Part shown: piece after piece, positions 59,353 through 64,000 of the stretch
Numbering within the stretch: position 1 is the first letter of the stretch
Layout: every line of letters starts with the position of its first letter
Notes under the pieces: generated by a model
What the model saw: the letters and a program-made list of their open reading frames with translations, nothing else
Databases searched by the model: none
What the model was told of the DNA's origin: nothing
Origin: Eledone cirrhosa
Lineage: Eukaryota
Length of the DNA stretch: 64,000 nucleotides
Direction of reading: 5' to 3'
Assembly (NCBI GenBank): GCA_964016885.1
Contig: OZ024743.1
Location: 165,850,001-165,914,000 of the forward strand
Program-made: the position numbers and the translations under genes

Positions 59353-61030
59353 TTATTGAATGCTGAAACTGGCGCATTACTGCATCAGCTTTTGCGATTC
59401 TTGCACTTAATTGAACCTCCTACCTTCCATCACTCATGAACACAGCCCCGAGATACTTGAACTTCTCTACCTGCTTCAAAAGAACTCCATTCACATGTAT
59501 ATAAATTTGAGGGACTTCTGTCCATCCGTCCGTCACACACTGTATGTGTGTTTGTGTGAGTGTATGTGTGTGTAAAAGGAAGGAAAGGGATACACACATA
59601 TATGTCTCTAACTTAAAAACAGTGACACACACACACATACGTCTCTAATTTAAGAACAGCGATAAACACACTGTCCTATTACCACTTAAGAGTTTTGGCC
59701 CTGGCAAACATCTCCTCAGTTGTGGAACCGTCTAGGTTGTCCAGAATTGATAGGAAATGACCTGACGGTCTTACCCTGTGCCCCTGGTCAAGTCTCAGGT
59801 GCCTTACCTGGGACGTCGCAGTTAGTGACTCTTTTGCTTCTTCCCACATCCTGGATGCAGCGGTAAGGGCGAGAGCTACAGCATCCGCAACTGAACGGAA
59901 CAAAAATCCTAAAATACCGTGTTCTGTCAGCTAACTACATAATCCAACCTGTGGCGTTCGAGACGTTTGGGGAAGTCGGGCTACTGACAGCAAGATACTT
60001 ATCTTCACTGGCGACTCGCCAAACAGAAGTAACTGGTGATGCTCGTGAGGCACTTGGTTGTTCCAGCACCTCAACCTCGCTATCACCAAGCGTTTTGGCT
60101 TGCCTCAAACATTATTAGAGAGGTTTCCCAGTGCTCCTCGCTATATTGTTATCTTTTGCTCCAGTAGCGGCTCGTTTGTCCACTCTTTCGCCTGCATTTT
60201 GTTCTATGTGGCCTAAGATGTGTGTATTACGTGCTTGTGTATTTTTTCTCTTTTTTTTTTGTATATATTATATTTGTTTCTGTTTTCGTTCTGGAACCAT
60301 TATATAAAATTTTTATACAAATGAGTTTTTTTTTAAATGAGTTAAACTGTGTTGTTAATAAATAAATAAGTTGTACTTCATTTTACACTCCCATTTTTAA
60401 TTTATCGAACGCTATCATGACTGTATGTTTGTATTTGTGTAAATGTATATGTGTAAATGTATGTATGTGTTTGTGTGAAAGTATGTGTATTTGTGTGAAT
60501 GCATGTATGTGAGCCTGTATTTTTGTAAGTTTGTGTTTGCGCGTTTATAGTTATATACTCATACATATAGAGGTATGTATGTGCACATACGCGTCAGCGT
60601 CTTGAAACAAATTCTAATCTCTTCATCTATCTCTTTCACTCTCTCTATATCTATATCTATTACATAATCACTCTATCTATCTATCTATATCTCTCTCATC
60701 TCACACTCTCTCTTTCTCGCTCTTTCTATATATATGGTTGTTGAAGTGGTAGTGCTGGCGGCGATATACCGGAAGTGTAGAAATTTGAAACGTTGAAAAG
60801 AAGTCAATTTTAATTAAGCAATAAAATTATATATATTTAATCAAGAGTTAAGAAATTTAGTACATAAATTATGTAATATTCATTCATTATTTATTCAAAG
60901 TAATCCGACTTATTTTACTAACTGGATTAAAAGAAATAAACCGCACTCCTCACTTTATTATAATATAGATGTCTGTATGTAATAGTTATTTTGTGTAATG
61001 TTTCTATTTATGAATATGTATGAGTAAATC

Positions 61031-61062
<32 letters not shown>

Positions 61063-61599
61063 TGTGGGGGGGGGGGTGATTGCACATTTGTCGTCTGTGT
61101 ATCTGTTTATGTTTTTACGTGTAGATGTATGTGTATGTAACTAAAGTGTAGCATACGTTACGAATGGACGAAACACACCAAGAATTATTTTATGATAGCA
61201 AAAAAAGTTAGATGTTAAATAAAAAAATTACTCACATATCGATAATATTATATATTTCAATGGCCGTACTTCCAAATATGACTATCCAATCACAGACATA
61301 TCTATTTCTGAGAATCAGAGGGAATTTAATATTCACCATCGATTACAGTAATGAGTATCGACCACCAATTATCGATTAAGATAAAACTCAATCATGACCA
61401 TGAAACTCTTCGTCAGTATGTTTCAGTCTTCACTAAAATACATATATATCTCAAGATGGATTAAAATGCTAGTCTACCCTTGGGAAAAATGATTTAAATG
61501 TTTTTCACATGATGTAAATTATAACGTAATCTAGAAGGGCAGGTGAACAGGACTGGCCTTATGGAGTGCTAGAAAGAGCTCCAGGCGAATCCCTTTCAG

Positions 61600-62100
61600 T
61601 CACCTCAAAACTAATTTAAAGAAATGTATACTGAATTATGCTGAAGGATCACAAACTCAATTTTGAAACTGAACATCCAGTCAGACTTATCGTACCATCA
61701 AAATCTGACATCTGGAATATAAGCAAAAAAAATCCTGGACAGAATTATACCAACACTTAGAAAAAAGATCCAAATGCAGCAATGGTCCAGTATCGAGATG
61801 GACGATAACAGAAAACCAGTAAACTTCCTAGTCGTAACCCTCAATTTAGAATCCGGCCTATACTACCCGTACCAACAAACCGAGCGAGAATCATAAATAT
61901 GTTAATGCGAACTCAAACCATCCCAAATCGGTCACTAGGGTCATAGTTAATAGCGTCTCCTGTAGGATATTCTCTCTATCAGCAGAGCAGGAAACATTCG
62001 ATAACGTAGCTAACTACTACAATAATGCCGTGATTAGAGCAGGTTACAAAGAGAAAATTAGATATATACCTAACCGAAGAAGCAGCGTAACAATTAATAG
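61600..62100 (+). pseudogene. Degraded PLE RT fragment homologous to the 799-aa ORF
   Basis: VNFLVVTLNLESGLYYPY..NSNHP..RIFSLS..NYYNNAVIRAGYKEKIRY. Confidence 0.8.
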
Positions 62101-62569
62101 TGACGCATTCGTTGGAATCAATGGTGGGGAAAACCCGGTAAAAAATAACCCACCCACCTTGGGAAGTGAAACTACAAAACAACGGTGGAAATATATAGAT
62201 AAAACCAACAATAGAACTAATCCTAGAAGAATAGAAAACTTAGGCGAAATCAATTCCGGACACCATATAAGGAACATAGATCCGGCTTTACCCACCACAG
62301 ATGAGGAAGATACCAGCAAAATGAACAGAGGGGGGGGGGCACAGCCACGATGTAAACTCAAGTAAGAACCAGGAACAAACGGGTCACCGCCCATACCACG
62401 AACCGGGAACCTCCGTTCTGCAGAATGACTATCAACATAACCAACCCGGTAGGAGCGGCGGGCACGACCATTCCACGATCCCGCGACTGGGACGTAATAC
62501 CTATCGGAACAGGGCCGGGACCGGAATCAACAGCAGAAAGAGAACCCTTTTCCGCAACATTATGATAGT

Positions 62570-62825
62570 TCTACTTTGAATGTGCTAATTCACGTAGCTT
62601 CTCAATAGATAAACTTTTGTTCCGAGACCCTATTAACTCCTTCAAATCTTCCACATTGACAATTTGCACTATGCCTTTAATGGTCAGCTCAAGAATCACT
62701 ACTATTTATTCGTCAAATTCCAGAAACAATTGCATGCTTCTGATCATAGTTTCTTCCAAACTTTCTTCATTCAGTTCTTGGTTACTTTGTCCGAGATTGC
62801 TTTGATATTATCTATAAATATTTTA
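62570..62825 (-). pseudogene. pogo/Tigger transposase C-terminal relic
   Basis: IDNIKAISDKVTKN*MKKVWKKL*SEAC..VNVEDLKELIGSRNKSLSIEKLREL. Confidence 0.55.
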
Positions 62826-62910
62826 CCAAACGTCTCCGATACTAACTGTATGTATGGTCCCGTAACTCCTGGGGGAGTCGTTGTCGCGCCGTATTGAAGA
62901 TACTAGTGGT

Positions 62911-62967
62911 GAAGAAGAAGAAGAAGAAGAAGAAGAAGAAGAAGAAGAAGAAGAAGAAGAAGAAGAT
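62911..62967. repeat. (GAA)n microsatellite
   Basis: Seen directly in the sequence. Confidence 0.98.
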
Positions 62968-64000
62968 ATTGCCTTCATTGAGAATTTCTTATATGAGAAA
63001 CGAACATTGACTAGTTTTTTTTCCAAACTTTATGAAACGTTTTTTTCTACCCGCTTGCCAAACTGTAAGTAAACTTGCTTTATTTGGAATAATGGAGCAC
63101 ATAACTTGTGAGAAGGGGCGCATAATGAAGAGCTATTCTCGGGCGCCAAATATCACTGCACAGGCCAGGCCAACTACCATAACATTCCTGTTAAAGATTA
63201 GAATAAGCAAAAAAAATAAAAATAAACTTGACCCAGATGAAATGCCAGATTAACTTGTACTGCTCCAAGCGATTCAGATTAAAAACAAAAGTAAAACATT
63301 TTTGTTTCTTTGGGGTTTTGTGTTACATAACCATCGTGTATAGCAGGATTGAGGAAAATTACTCATAACCCTTCCCTCTCCTACTTTCCTACCCACCTTC
63401 ATAACACGCAAGAAGCCAAGAACACAGTCCGTACTTGTTCGGTTGATCTGCTAGAAATAGCAGCCAAATCACCCTCAAATCACACCCTACTGTTCTTAAA
63501 ATAGGTAGGACGCATTACATAATGTAATATTACATACAGTATTATACGGCCCCTTAATTGTAGAGCTAACTCAGTTGAATGGACTCGGCTGCAATTTCTA
63601 GCTGTCGATAATCCTATTCACGCCACTGGGATGACGCTGTGCGATGTGTGTATTTTTATAAAAATGTAACACGTGGTTCGAGTCATTCACAGATTTGCAT
63701 TTGCTTTGTAAACGCAGATAGTTATTTTCTTCTCCTTTGGTGACCATCCAGGAATTGATTACTGTGATTTACTGGTTAATTTGTGAAATATATTTCTTAC
63801 TTAAAGATATATATACAAAGGAGATTAATCATTTTAAAAGGTATCTATATTTGAAGTTCTAGTTAAACTTTAATTACCTACCTACCTAGCTAGCTATGTG
63901 TACTTACATTCTTTACAAATTATTCCCTGTGATTGTTCCATATGTTTATTTATATATATATATATATCAATCTATTTCTAGTTGATATATTGATATATAT

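Larger units (their letters stand above)
57450..59530 (-). mobile_element. RTE-clade LINE 3' fragment split by a Chapaev3 insertion
   Basis: LKQVEKFKYLG..ARIAKA..FQHSI | IRREVGVKAKL..AEMGFLRR..QLRYYGHVVR. Confidence 0.8.

Noticed and set aside
59679-59903. 74-aa ORF in a GC-richer patch
   Set aside because: No recognisable domain or exon structure; probably a TE relic.

Overview
An AT-rich, repeat-saturated stretch of an animal nuclear genome. The tRNA-derived SINE family and the huge (TA)n fields look like octopus/cephalopod DNA (inference). No host protein-coding gene is evident. Contents: about 7.4 kb of interrupted (TA)n microsatellite; one intact Penelope-like element (PLE; 799-aa RT plus GIY-YIG ORF) and several PLE relics; three Tx1/L1-clade LINE copies; one degraded Dong/R4-type LINE; RTE, mariner, pogo and Chapaev3 relics; about nine SINE copies. 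The main discovery is non-coding. A 5.3-kb tandem array (14674-20000) of about 12 units of roughly 430 bp carries a minimal type I hammerhead ribozyme (HHR) on the minus strand of every unit, which is the architecture of a non-LTR retrozyme (ribozyme-bearing circRNA retroelement). Three dispersed copies share one fixed end and carry fold-back inversions. One of them sits in the (TA)n tail of the intact PLE, its plausible mobilising partner. About a dozen further HHR motifs from several distinct families, mostly with palindromic stem III, lie in (TA)n-flanked non-coding elements. All calls were made by eye; no searches were run.
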